Shown here in pieces: positions 1 to 8,868 of a stretch of 35,695 nucleotides of DNA; within the stretch, counting starts at the first letter, position 1; every line of letters starts with the position of its first letter. Made by a program: the position numbers and the translations under genes. The notes beneath the pieces were generated by a model. That model searched no databases. It was not told the DNA's origin and saw only the letters and a program-made list of their open reading frames with translations. The DNA lies in the IMG/VR virus record IMGVR_UViG_3300044512_002385, positions 1-35,695 of that record; one strand, 5' to 3'. This DNA comes from a virus (taxonomy: Duplodnaviria; Caudoviricetes).

Positions 1-2
1 TG

Positions 3-1163
3 GATGGGTCGGCAGCAGCATTTCAGATATTGTCTAGAAATACCGTGGATAGCGCAACAAACCCAATAATTTTTGACGCGGACACCTACACCTTTAATCG
101 GGCAGGCTCTACGCAAGCTGTCATCGACTCAAGCGGCAACGTCGGGATTGGTGTTGTTCCTGCTTCTGGCTGGTCAACTAGCCCTTATAATGTATTAGAT
201 ATAAATACATCTTCTGTTGCGGCTAGTTCAACTACACTTGCCGCATCCTTAAACGCATACAACGACGGTTCTGCTTGGAGATACAAAGGAACTGGTGCTG
301 CATCTCAGTATTACCAAGCAAGCGGAAATCACGTTTGGCAAACTGCCGCTTCTGGCACCGCAGGCAACACTATTAGCTTTTCAGAAGCCATGCGCATCGA
401 TGCAAGCGGCAACGTGGGAATCGGGGTGGTTCCAAATGGCACATATTCCAAGTTGCAAGTAAAAGCTGTGGCAACATCCTACGTTGCTGATTTTATCGGT
501 AACGTAAGTGGTGACAGTCAATTAACTTTCTGGAACAGTAACCAGACTGCGGTTGTCAGCTTTATCGAGAACCAAGCTGCAGGCGCACATATGTCAATCG
601 TGGCGGGTTCAGGACGCTCGTTAAAGTTGGGAGCAGGCGGTACTGCTGGGCAAGTATTACTCGATGCCAGCGGCAACTTGTTGGTGGGTCGGACAGACGC
701 ACAAACAGCAGATAATACGGCAGGTATATATTTATTCCCAGAAGGCGGTTTAGGTGCGCAACGTGATTCGGCAGCATCGTTGTTTATTAATCGTTTCGGA
801 ACAGACGGTGATATAGCTGTATTCCGAAAACAGGGCACAACAGTCGGTTCAGTTTCTGTTACTGGTTCTGCTACTACTTACAACACCTCATCAGACCAAC
901 GCCTCAAAGAAAACATCGTAGACGCACCTTCTGCTTCTGATGACATTGACGCTATCCAAGTACGTTCGTTTGACTGGAAAGCTGACGGGTCACACCAGAA
1001 GTACGGCATGGTGGCACAAGAGCTTGTCACTGTTGCACCTGAAGCTGTGTCTGGCGATGCTGACTCAGAAGAAATGATGGGCGTGGACTACAGCAAGCTA
1101 GTCCCAATGATGCTCAAAGAAATACAAAGCCTACGCGCACGAGTTTCTGAGCTTGAAAGTTAA
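3..1163 (+). CDS. Tail fibre, C-terminal part (5'-truncated), with intramolecular chaperone (peptidase S74-type) domain
   Basis: Frame is open from base 3, upstream of the listed TTG at 30. Repeated IDxSGNVGIG modules. C-terminal TSSDQRLKENI...FDWK...GMVAQEL...VDYSKLVPMMLKEIQSL is the S74 chaperone signature. Confidence 0.9.
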   Translation, partial: DGSAAAFQILSRNTVDSATNPIIFDADTYTFNRAGSTQAVIDSSGNVGIGVVPASGWSTSPYNVLDINTSSVAASSTTLAASLNAYNDGSAWRYKGTGAASQYYQASGNHVWQTAASGTAGNTISFSEAMRIDASGNVGIGVVPNGTYSKLQVKAVATSYVADFIGNVSGDSQLTFWNSNQTAVVSFIENQAAGAHMSIVAGSGRSLKLGAGGTAGQVLLDASGNLLVGRTDAQTADNTAGIYLFPEGGLGAQRDSAASLFINRFGTDGDIAVFRKQGTTVGSVSVTGSATTYNTSSDQRLKENIVDAPSASDDIDAIQVRSFDWKADGSHQKYGMVAQELVTVAPEAVSGDADSEEMMGVDYSKLVPMMLKEIQSLRARVSELES

Positions 1164-1531
1164 TGAACCATTTAAAAGCAGATAATGACTACGGGTATGA
1201 AAAACAAATAATGGCTTTATCAGATATTATGATTTCAGAAGCAGAATCAGTTTTACAAAATAAATGGGCAGTATTTCCTAGACATATTGAGTTGGCTTAT
1301 AGCGTTGGAAAAAATGGGTTAAGTAAACCTATCGTCGTCAAAGAAAAAGATGGAAAGTTTGAAATGACTTTTGGAGGAAATCGTTTGCAAGTAGCGGCAA
1401 TTAGTGGGTTTACACACATTGATGCTATAGCTGTACGAACTGATGAAGAAGTTAAAAGACTGCATGATTTAATGACACAACTTCCACCGCATGAAGGAAA
1501 ATCTATAACTCACGGTGGAAAACATCCCTAA
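1163..1531 (+). CDS. ParB/sulfiredoxin-like N-terminal domain protein
   Basis: SVGKNGLSKPIVV...FEMTFGGNRLQVA...GFTHIDAI resembles the ParB-N motif. The start overlaps the fibre stop (TAATG). Visibly AT-rich. Confidence 0.65.
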   Translation: MNHLKADNDYGYEKQIMALSDIMISEAESVLQNKWAVFPRHIELAYSVGKNGLSKPIVVKEKDGKFEMTFGGNRLQVAAISGFTHIDAIAVRTDEEVKRLHDLMTQLPPHEGKSITHGGKHP

Positions 1532-1551
1532 AATCTTAACAGGAGACAAAC

Positions 1552-1878
1552 ATGGCAACATTTAACTGGACAATCTCAACCCTTGAGAGAGACCTTCAAC
1601 CCGCAGATATGGACGGCGCTATCATCGTGAGCCATTGGCGGTGTACTGCATCACAAGAAAACGAAGGCACGACCTTCAGCGCAAGCTCGTATGGAACCGT
1701 TGGCTTTACGCCTGACCCTTCTTCGCCCGATTACATTCCGTATGCTGATGTGACTGAACAAGACGCATTAAATTGGACATGGGCTGGCGGTGTTGATAAA
1801 GACGCAACTGAAGCATCTTTACAAGCCAATATTGACGGTCAGATTAACCCGACCACCGCCTCTGGTGTACCTTGGTAA
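1552..1878 (+). CDS. Tail-fibre-associated phage protein
   Basis: AGGAG RBS. MATFNWTI...HWRC...FIPY-like (DYIPYADVTEQDALNW)...GVPW pattern typical of genes following fibres in marine phages. Confidence 0.7.
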   Translation: MATFNWTISTLERDLQPADMDGAIIVSHWRCTASQENEGTTFSASSYGTVGFTPDPSSPDYIPYADVTEQDALNWTWAGGVDKDATEASLQANIDGQINPTTASGVPW

Positions 1879-2045
1879 TGGACTTCCTGTTATCGGCCTT
1901 CAATATTATAACCGCTGTCGTAACCCTTGCATCGGCAATAAGCGCGGCCACGCCCAGCAAGAAAGACGATGCTTTTGTGGCTAAATATCTTCTTCCAATC
2001 GTCAACGCGCTAGCGATTAATTTCGGCAACGCGAAGAACAAGTGA
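1878..2045 (+). CDS. Small membrane protein (55 aa), holin-like
   Basis: Not in the ORF track. MDFLLSAFNIITAVVTLASAISAATPSKKDDAFVAKYLLPIVNALAINFGNAKNK, coupled by TAATG and TGATG overlaps. Confidence 0.7.
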   Translation: MDFLLSAFNIITAVVTLASAISAATPSKKDDAFVAKYLLPIVNALAINFGNAKNK

Positions 2046-2212
2046 TGCAAGAGGAAGCCAAAACAGTCGTGGATAGTCTGGCAGTAGGCGGCACTGTTGC
2101 GACGCTGGCTGGTTGGCTTCCATCGGTAGCAAGTTTGTTCACCATCATCTGGTTGTCTCTTAGAATTTGGGAGAGTGACACGGTTCAAAAGATAGTTAAT
2201 CGGAATGGCTGA
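2045..2212 (+). CDS. Small membrane protein (55 aa), putative holin
   Basis: Not in the ORF track. MQEEAKTVVDSLAVGGTVATLAGWLPSVASLFTIIWLSLRIWESDTVQKIVNRNG has a hydrophobic core and overlaps both neighbours. Confidence 0.7.
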   Translation: MQEEAKTVVDSLAVGGTVATLAGWLPSVASLFTIIWLSLRIWESDTVQKIVNRNG

Positions 2213-2540
2213 GATCTCCGATGACACAAAAGTCACTGTTCCGCTTCGAAATCTGATTGGGCTGGGAGGTGCTTTGGTGATAGCAACAGCAGCCTACGTG
2301 ACTTTGAACAGCCGAATAACTACTTTAGAACACGGTCAGTCAATACAGGACATGACCATCAAAGAGAACGCCGCGTTTGTTCGAGAATGGCCACTCGGGC
2401 TCAGGGGCAGCCTACCTGAGGACCTGATGCAAAACGCTAAGATAATGACTTTGGAAGAGCAGTCGAAAGAAGTCAGAGAGCTGAGAACAAAAATTAACGA
2501 GCTAGAAATTGAAACCGGCCAGTGCAACAAGGATGCATAA
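2205..2540 (+). CDS. N-terminal TM plus coiled-coil protein (i-spanin-like topology)
   Basis: Single TM LIGLGGALVIATAAYVTL, heptad-rich tail and a Cys near the C-terminus. Lies in the lysis region. Confidence 0.6.
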   Translation: MAEISDDTKVTVPLRNLIGLGGALVIATAAYVTLNSRITTLEHGQSIQDMTIKENAAFVREWPLGLRGSLPEDLMQNAKIMTLEEQSKEVRELRTKINELEIETGQCNKDA

Positions 2541-2545
2541 CTCGC

Positions 2546-2701
2546 ATGGAGACCTGGGAAATCATTGTTTCGGGATGGCCGATTGCAGCAGGCGTGTTTT
2601 TGTTAATCCTGACCATTGGGAAAATTTTAAACAGGCTCGATCAGATAGAAGAAAAAATTCGTTCTTTGTGGGTCGCGGTAAACGAGCTGATTAGAAAATA
2701 A
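2546..2701 (+). CDS. Small membrane protein (51 aa)
   Basis: Not in the ORF track. METWEIIVSGWPIAAGVFLLILTIGKILNRLDQIEEKIRSLWVAVNELIRK is a TM plus short coiled coil that fills the gap exactly. Confidence 0.65.
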   Translation: METWEIIVSGWPIAAGVFLLILTIGKILNRLDQIEEKIRSLWVAVNELIRK

Positions 2702-2706
2702 GGCAG

Positions 2707-2731
2707 CTTCGCCATGTCGGCGAAGAAAAAA
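2707..2731. terminator. Hairpin CTTCGCC-ATGTC-GGCGAAG followed by an A-tract
   Basis: 7-bp intergenic inverted repeat. The downstream A-run reads as a U-tract on the minus strand. Confidence 0.4.
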
Positions 2732-2741
2732 GGAGTGAGCA

Positions 2742-2963
2742 ATGCAAATAAAGATAGACAGTGAAAAGTTAACGTTAGGCGATTTAGAAGTTTTAAAAGC
2801 CGATCTTAGTGATAACAACAAAATGTACGTTAATCGCGTCGAAGTGTTGTTAAAAAATATGGGCGAACTAGATCTTCAAAGATCTGAATTAGAAGTCTTG
2901 CTGAATGCTTATAGCAACACGCTAGAAAAAAGTTTGGCCCCAGTTGTAGAGGAAGTTAATTAA
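2742..2963 (+). CDS. Hypothetical coiled-coil protein
   Basis: AAGGAG RBS, 73 aa, stop overlaps the holin start. Confidence 0.7.
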   Translation: MQIKIDSEKLTLGDLEVLKADLSDNNKMYVNRVEVLLKNMGELDLQRSELEVLLNAYSNTLEKSLAPVVEEVN

Positions 2964-3334
2964 TGATACTTGGCGAGCTGCTAGGTCCAGCAACAAAGTT
3001 GCTTGATAAGTTCATACCGGACGCTGATGAAAAACAGCGCATCGCGTTTGAGCTCAGTACGCTCGCCGAACGTCATGCGCAAGAGCAGGCTCTCGCGCAA
3101 ATCGAGTTGAACAAACAAGAGGCAAAAGGCAACTGGTTTCAAAGTAGTTGGCGCCCAGCGATCGGACATGTTTGTTGGATTGGGTTGGCCTACAACGTGA
3201 TCGTTCAGCCAATGCTGGGGATCTGGTTGAAGGTTCCTCCCGTCAATACTGACCTGTTGTACCCAGTGATGCTTGGCATGCTCGGCATGTCCGGTATCCG
3301 CGGGTTTGAAAAAGTTAACGGAGTCGCTAAGTGA
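2963..3334 (+). CDS. Holin, GTA-type 3TM family
   Basis: LLDKFIPD...WFQSSWRPAIG..C...GMLGMSGIRGFEK pattern. Directly upstream of the endolysin. Confidence 0.8.
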   Translation: MILGELLGPATKLLDKFIPDADEKQRIAFELSTLAERHAQEQALAQIELNKQEAKGNWFQSSWRPAIGHVCWIGLAYNVIVQPMLGIWLKVPPVNTDLLYPVMLGMLGMSGIRGFEKVNGVAK

Positions 3335-3690
3335 AGTTTTTCCACGAAGACGAGTTCAGATGTCAACATTGTGGGTCGCACAAGGGCATGGATTGGTCGT
3401 TTGCGGCGGAGATAGATGAGCTCAGAGAAAAACTGGGCTTCCCGCTTATTCTCTCGTCGGCTTACAGGTGCAGTGAGCATCCAATAGAAAAGCGCAAAGA
3501 AAAGCCAGGCTCGCACAGCACTGGTAGAGCAGTAGATGTCGCAGTAACTGGCGCGCAAGCGCTCAAAGTTATTGAGACTGCATTGGAAATGGGTTTTGAG
3601 AGAGTAGGTGTAAATCAAAAGGGATCAGGTCGATTCATCCACCTGGACAAAGCGCATGGATTTCCAGCGCCGGCAATCTGGAGTTACTAG
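3331..3690 (+). CDS. Endolysin, peptidase M15A family
   Basis: EFRCQHCG, SAYRC, SHxxGRAVD and FIHLD zinc-peptidase motifs. Confidence 0.88.
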   Translation: MKFFHEDEFRCQHCGSHKGMDWSFAAEIDELREKLGFPLILSSAYRCSEHPIEKRKEKPGSHSTGRAVDVAVTGAQALKVIETALEMGFERVGVNQKGSGRFIHLDKAHGFPAPAIWSY

Positions 3691-5166
3691 ATGGCATTGA
3701 TGTCTTTAAAAATACCGCCAGGCGTTCACAAGAACGGCACCGATTATCAACAATCTGGCGTTTGGAACGACAGCAATTTGATTCGCTGGTATGAAGGCAG
3801 CCTACAGCCCGTAGGCGGATGGCGTAAGCGCACATCGTCAGCAATGACCGGCGCGTGCAGAAAAATCATCAGCTATCGCGACAATAGCGGCGGCAGGAGG
3901 ACGGTTGCCGGTACAAGCAGCAAGCTGTACGCGGTCGATGAATCAAACGCACTGCACGATATCACGCCTGTTGGATTTACAGCCGGCTCGGATGATGCGG
4001 TGCAGAATTTAGGTTGGGGTGCGTTGACTTGGGGTTTGAGCTCATGGGGCACAAGCCGACCAGACACCGGGCCATATGTGCCTGCAACCACTTGGTCACT
4101 GGACAATTGGGGTGAGTACGCAATCGGCTGCTCAACTGCTGATGGCAAGATCTATCAATGGACTAACAATACAGCGACAGCCGCGGCAGTATTGACCAAC
4201 GCGCCAATTAACAACACCGCAATCATAACGACTGACGAGCGTTTTATTTTTGCGCTTGGTGCGGGCGGTGAGGGCGATCGAGTTGAGTGGTGCGATCAAG
4301 AGAACAACACCGTTTGGACTGCCACTGCGACTAACCAGGCGGGTGGTTTTACGCTGACAACCGGCGGCAACATTCTTACGGCAGAACAACTTCGCGGCGA
4401 GACGTTAATCCTCACCACCACCGACGCACACGTTGCTCGATACCAAGGACCACCCTTTGTTTTCGGTTTTCAGCGAGTCGGAACAGGATGCGGTATCGCC
4501 TCGGGGAATGCTTGCGTAAAAGCAGACGGCTTCGCGATTTGGATGGGTACTAATGCGTTCTACGTTTATGACGGCGGCGTGCGCTCACTACCAAGCACTG
4601 TCGGCGATTTTGTATTTAACAATCTGAACGAAGCACAGCGAAGCAAAGTTTACGGTGTATTAAACAGCAAATTCTCAGAGGTCGTTTGGTTCTATCCGAG
4701 CAATAACAGTTTAGAAAATGACAGCTATGTGACCTACAACTACAAAGAAAAATTCTGGAGCGTGGGCTCTTTGGTCAGAACCGCTGGTGCTGATGTTGGT
4801 GAGTTCATTTATCCAAACTACGTTGGCTTTGACGGCTACATTTACGAGCATGAAGTTGGTTTTGATTACGACGGCGCGACTGTTTTTGCAGAATCTGGTC
4901 CGGTCGAGATTGGGCAAGGTGATCGATTGGTCGTTGCAAAGAACCTAATCCCTGACGAGAAGACACAGGGAGACGTTACAGCGATTTTTAAAACTCGCTC
5001 CTATCCTAACGCTACCGAGAGCGAACACGGCCCCTATACGCTGGCTAACCCGACCTCGGTGCGATTCCAAGGGCGACAACTCAGCATGCGCGTAACTGGA
5101 AATCGTCAAACCGATTGGCGAGTTGGCGTTATGCGTTTGGATGTTGTGCCAGGGAGTGCTCGATGA
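3691..5166 (+). CDS. Tail nozzle / DNA stabilization protein (P22 gp10-like beta-propeller)
   Basis: 491 aa, beta-rich, with RVEWCDQEN...W and GCG motifs. Precedes the ejection genes. Confidence 0.7.
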   Translation: MALMSLKIPPGVHKNGTDYQQSGVWNDSNLIRWYEGSLQPVGGWRKRTSSAMTGACRKIISYRDNSGGRRTVAGTSSKLYAVDESNALHDITPVGFTAGSDDAVQNLGWGALTWGLSSWGTSRPDTGPYVPATTWSLDNWGEYAIGCSTADGKIYQWTNNTATAAAVLTNAPINNTAIITTDERFIFALGAGGEGDRVEWCDQENNTVWTATATNQAGGFTLTTGGNILTAEQLRGETLILTTTDAHVARYQGPPFVFGFQRVGTGCGIASGNACVKADGFAIWMGTNAFYVYDGGVRSLPSTVGDFVFNNLNEAQRSKVYGVLNSKFSEVVWFYPSNNSLENDSYVTYNYKEKFWSVGSLVRTAGADVGEFIYPNYVGFDGYIYEHEVGFDYDGATVFAESGPVEIGQGDRLVVAKNLIPDEKTQGDVTAIFKTRSYPNATESEHGPYTLANPTSVRFQGRQLSMRVTGNRQTDWRVGVMRLDVVPGSAR

Positions 5167-5369
5167 TTTTGCCAACAGCGCCAGATGTTTATAACGCAAC
5201 CGAAGCCAACAAAATGAATTTGTTGATTGAGCAAGCGGATGGCCTAAACCACAAAAAAAATCAGGACGTTGAAGTCGGTGCAGCGCGGTTGATATTGAAA
5301 TCGCCCAATGGGACGCGCTACAGCATCACGGTCGATAACTCAGGCAATTTAGGGGCGACAGCATTATGA
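5163..5369 (+). CDS. Small virion protein
   Basis: ATGA overlap start at 5163. C-terminal LILKSPNGTRYSITVDNSGNL motif. Confidence 0.65.
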   Translation: MILPTAPDVYNATEANKMNLLIEQADGLNHKKNQDVEVGAARLILKSPNGTRYSITVDNSGNLGATAL

Positions 5370-5773
5370 ATGCTAAAGAAGCACTAGAAGCGCCAAGCAC
5401 GTTGGAGGCGATGTTCCCGTACCGCGAGATGCTTGAGCGAGCGTTGGAGTTCGCTGGCGGTACGCATTTGTTTGAGGACATTGTGCAGGCAGTCGATGAA
5501 GGGCGCATGCACTTTTGGCCGGCAGAAAAAAGCTGCGTGGTAACGGAAGTCGTTTGCTATCCACGCGCCAGAGCTATTCATATCTTTTTGGCGGCAGGCG
5601 ACTTGATGGAAATCAAGGATATGGATGAAACATTTCAAGAATTTGGCCGGGCTTTAGATGCCAAGTTTATAACTTTATCTGGCCGCAAAGGCTGGGTAAA
5701 AGCGCTTGATGACCTCGGGTATTCGGTGAGTCATGTGAGCTTATACAAGGAGATTGAAGATGGCAGGAAGTAA
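5366..5773 (+). CDS. Putative GNAT-like virion assembly protein
   Basis: VVTEV..YP...IHIFLAAG...ITLSGRKGW.K.L pattern. Occupies the podovirus position before the ejection genes. Confidence 0.55.
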   Translation: MNAKEALEAPSTLEAMFPYREMLERALEFAGGTHLFEDIVQAVDEGRMHFWPAEKSCVVTEVVCYPRARAIHIFLAAGDLMEIKDMDETFQEFGRALDAKFITLSGRKGWVKALDDLGYSVSHVSLYKEIEDGRK

Positions 5774-6500
5774 AGGCGGCGGCGGTGGCGGTAAAGGCGG
5801 CTCGTTCACTCCGCCAGCAAATCAATATGGTGGTGGATACGGCACAGGTTATTGGAACCCTCAACCTCGTTTACCCCAGGCTCCATACAATCCGATGATG
5901 GATGTCTACGGATCTTCGCAAAATGTAATGCAACCGATGATGGGGTATTACAATCAGTTCCCTGCTGCCGGAAGCAATTATCGTCCCTATCAGCCGCAAC
6001 CCGACCCAACGCCTCAGTATCCCTCGGTGCCTGATCCTGATCCAGCGCCAGCCCCAGCGCCTGGCCCTGGCAGGGGCGGAGATCCTGGTGGTGTTCCTAT
6101 AAATTTCGCAGGAAACCCTTTTCAGTTTCCCATGAATACGAATAGTGGATTTACTGGCGGTATTAATCCTGGAGGGATGTTTACTGGCGGCGGAATGGGT
6201 GTTCCTGCTCGCAATCCCGAACTTGCAGCACCTGTCTATGGCGGATATCGGTCTCCCAGACCAGACGGTTATCCAGTGGCTCAGCTTGCTCAGCAAATGC
6301 CGATTTTAGATGCGGCAGATAGTCAATTTAAGAAGGGCAAGAAAAGCAACGTCACTGGCCCGAAATTGGGATACATCAAATACAGCCAACCACAGCCACA
6401 AGTAGCACCGATTGCTGACCCAGGTTTTGGAGGCTATGACCAGAATGCCAGAGCGATGATGTACGGCGCGCCAAGTATAATGTTTGGAGGGTTTAGATAA
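5760..6500 (+). CDS. Gly/Pro/Tyr/Gln-rich low-complexity protein, probable internal virion protein
   Basis: AAGGAG RBS upstream. Starts MAGSKGGGGGGKGG. Stop overlaps the next start. Confidence 0.6.
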   Translation: MAGSKGGGGGGKGGSFTPPANQYGGGYGTGYWNPQPRLPQAPYNPMMDVYGSSQNVMQPMMGYYNQFPAAGSNYRPYQPQPDPTPQYPSVPDPDPAPAPAPGPGRGGDPGGVPINFAGNPFQFPMNTNSGFTGGINPGGMFTGGGMGVPARNPELAAPVYGGYRSPRPDGYPVAQLAQQMPILDAADSQFKKGKKSNVTGPKLGYIKYSQPQPQVAPIADPGFGGYDQNARAMMYGAPSIMFGGFR

Positions 6501-8866
6501 TGAGTTTTGGAAAAAGCAATCAAAGCAGTAGTCAGGAGATGGACCCTCAAATCAAGGGTGCTTTGCTCGACGTTTACAACACTGGCCGCGGTTTATCGAG
6601 AACGCCGTACAATCCTTACAACTTTGCAACGGTTGCGCCCATGTCGCCGTTTCAACAGCAGGGTATGCAGGCAACTTTAGATGCAGCCCGAGGCGGAGTT
6701 GGTCAAGCTCAGGTGAATCAAGCCATCCAAGCAGCGGAAGGGGTTGCTGGTTACACACCTAAAAAAGCAACATTTAGAAATGTGGCAGAGCAAGGAAATA
6801 TAGCTGACGTTTCTGGTGGATCAGCCTCCGGTTTGGAGCGCGCTAGTGCAAATGCAATCCCGACATCATTTACCGGCACGCGCGCCTTCGTTAACAATAT
6901 AAACACTGGCGTGAACGCTGGCGATGTACGCGCTGGAAACGCGAACGAAACCTACAGGCAAATGGGTATCAACGTAGGGGATGTAAACACTGGAATTGGT
7001 TTCACCGATGTTGGTGCAGGAACCATAACCGATCCAGGAATAGTGGCTGCACCCGAATCGGCTTATCAAAACATTGGATCTTTAGGATTGCTAGGTCCGG
7101 GCGTTACAGCCAAAAGTGCATCTCAAATTGGACCTAACACACCGAAAGTCAAACCAAGGAAAGTTGAATACAAAGATGTTGTAGGACCGGAAGGTGCAGT
7201 TTCTGTTGGCACAATCGATCCATCGACTGTTACGTCTGGAACCGTTAGCGCAAGTACGATTGATCCTCTTTCCTTTCAAGACAGCAGAATCGACGACTAT
7301 ATGAACCAGTATCAAACTGGTGTGATCGACAGTGCGTTAGGCGACATAGAGCGTGCGCGACAAATGCAACAAAACCAAAATGCTGCTGGTGCTATTTCTG
7401 CGGGTGCATTCGGTGGTGATCGAGCTGCAATTGTTGATGCAGAAACGAACAGGGCGGCGCTAGAGCAGTCAGCAAAAACTGCCTCTCAACTAAGGGCGCA
7501 GGGCTTTGAATCAGCCGCACGTTTAGCAGAGGCAGACCTAGCTCGCAGAATGGATGCGGCAACAGCCAACCAGCAAGCAGGATTGCAAGGGCAGCTAGCC
7601 AATCAGCAAACTGGATTAGCGGCCAGCCAAGCTAATGCTCAACTCGGCTTGCAAGGCCAGACAGAGGCCGCTCGTCTCGGATTGCAGGCAGGCTTGTCAG
7701 CCCAGGACGCTAACATGCAGGCTGCTCTCGCGAATCAGCAAGCAGCCCTATCGGCTGCTCAGGCTAACGCAGAGGGAACATTGCGAGCTGGTGAGTCAAA
7801 TCAAAGCGCTGCAATGCAGAGGTATCTCGCGAATCAGCAAGCAAGCATCGGCGATGCCGATCGCTCGCTGAGGGCCGGTCAAATCAATCAAGATGCGAGT
7901 CTCCAGTCTCGTCAACAAGACTTGCAAAGATTGATGGCAAACCAAGATGCGTTTGGGGCGATGAGTCGAGCAAATCAGGCGGCAGGCATGCAAGCCGCAG
8001 AGGCGAATGCCGCAAATAATTTGGCAATGCAGCAACTCAATCAAGATGCCGGCTTGCGCGCAGCGCTTGCTAATCAGCAAGCTCAGTTGACTGCTGGCCA
8101 AGCGGCCAACCAAGGGCGATTGCAAACGCAAGCGCTTGGGGTTGATGCTGGTCGAGCAACGCAAGCTGCGAACATCCAAGCAATGCAACTTTCGAATGCG
8201 GCAAGGCAGGCAAACCGAGATCGCAGCTTACAAGCTCAGACTGCGAATCAGCAAACAGCGTTGCGAGAAGCGGAGCTGCGAAATCAGGGTGTGTTGCAAA
8301 CGCAAGGGCTGCAAGCTGACGCCAGTCAAGCCAACCAAGCTAATTTTTTAGCGAGGCAGCAGCTCGGCAGCCAGGCGGCACAAGCTAATCAGCAAGCCGC
8401 TCTTGAAGCTGCGCTTGCTAATCAAGCGAATGCTAGGGCTTACGGATTTCAAAACCAAGACGCTGCGCTTAGAGCTAATCTTGCAAACCAAGGCACAGCT
8501 TTTCAGCAAGCTCAGTTGGATCAAGCTCGCCTCATTCAAAATCAAAACGCTCAACTGCGCGCCTCGATGGCGAATCAGGATGCTGGGTTGCTAGGAGCTC
8601 AACAGAGACTTGCAGGGGCAGGAATGTTGGGGCAGTTAGGTCAAGACCTTCGCGGCATGACGTTCCAAGATGCCCAGGCGATGCAGGGTGTCGGAAATCA
8701 GCAACGGCAGTTCGCGCAGCAGATCATGGACGATCAATACCGTCGATTCCAAGAGCAGCAGAACTATCCATTCAGGATGTTCGACGTGCTGCGTAGCGGG
8801 GCCGGTATGTTGCCTAACCCAACATTGACTAGCCAAAGCGGTCGATCAACTAACATCGGAATTTAA
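6500..8866 (+). CDS. DNA ejection/pilot protein with 11-residue Ala/Gln/Asn repeats
   Basis: 788 aa. YMNQY and AGAFGGDR motifs of podoviral DNA-transfer proteins, and many ANQ repeats. Confidence 0.7.
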   Translation: MSFGKSNQSSSQEMDPQIKGALLDVYNTGRGLSRTPYNPYNFATVAPMSPFQQQGMQATLDAARGGVGQAQVNQAIQAAEGVAGYTPKKATFRNVAEQGNIADVSGGSASGLERASANAIPTSFTGTRAFVNNINTGVNAGDVRAGNANETYRQMGINVGDVNTGIGFTDVGAGTITDPGIVAAPESAYQNIGSLGLLGPGVTAKSASQIGPNTPKVKPRKVEYKDVVGPEGAVSVGTIDPSTVTSGTVSASTIDPLSFQDSRIDDYMNQYQTGVIDSALGDIERARQMQQNQNAAGAISAGAFGGDRAAIVDAETNRAALEQSAKTASQLRAQGFESAARLAEADLARRMDAATANQQAGLQGQLANQQTGLAASQANAQLGLQGQTEAARLGLQAGLSAQDANMQAALANQQAALSAAQANAEGTLRAGESNQSAAMQRYLANQQASIGDADRSLRAGQINQDASLQSRQQDLQRLMANQDAFGAMSRANQAAGMQAAEANAANNLAMQQLNQDAGLRAALANQQAQLTAGQAANQGRLQTQALGVDAGRATQAANIQAMQLSNAARQANRDRSLQAQTANQQTALREAELRNQGVLQTQGLQADASQANQANFLARQQLGSQAAQANQQAALEAALANQANARAYGFQNQDAALRANLANQGTAFQQAQLDQARLIQNQNAQLRASMANQDAGLLGAQQRLAGAGMLGQLGQDLRGMTFQDAQAMQGVGNQQRQFAQQIMDDQYRRFQEQQNYPFRMFDVLRSGAGMLPNPTLTSQSGRSTNIGI

Positions 8867-8868
8867 TT

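Noticed and set aside
1-1163. Diversity-generating retroelement acting on the fibre
   Set aside because: No reverse transcriptase and no template/variable repeat pair are visible in the window.
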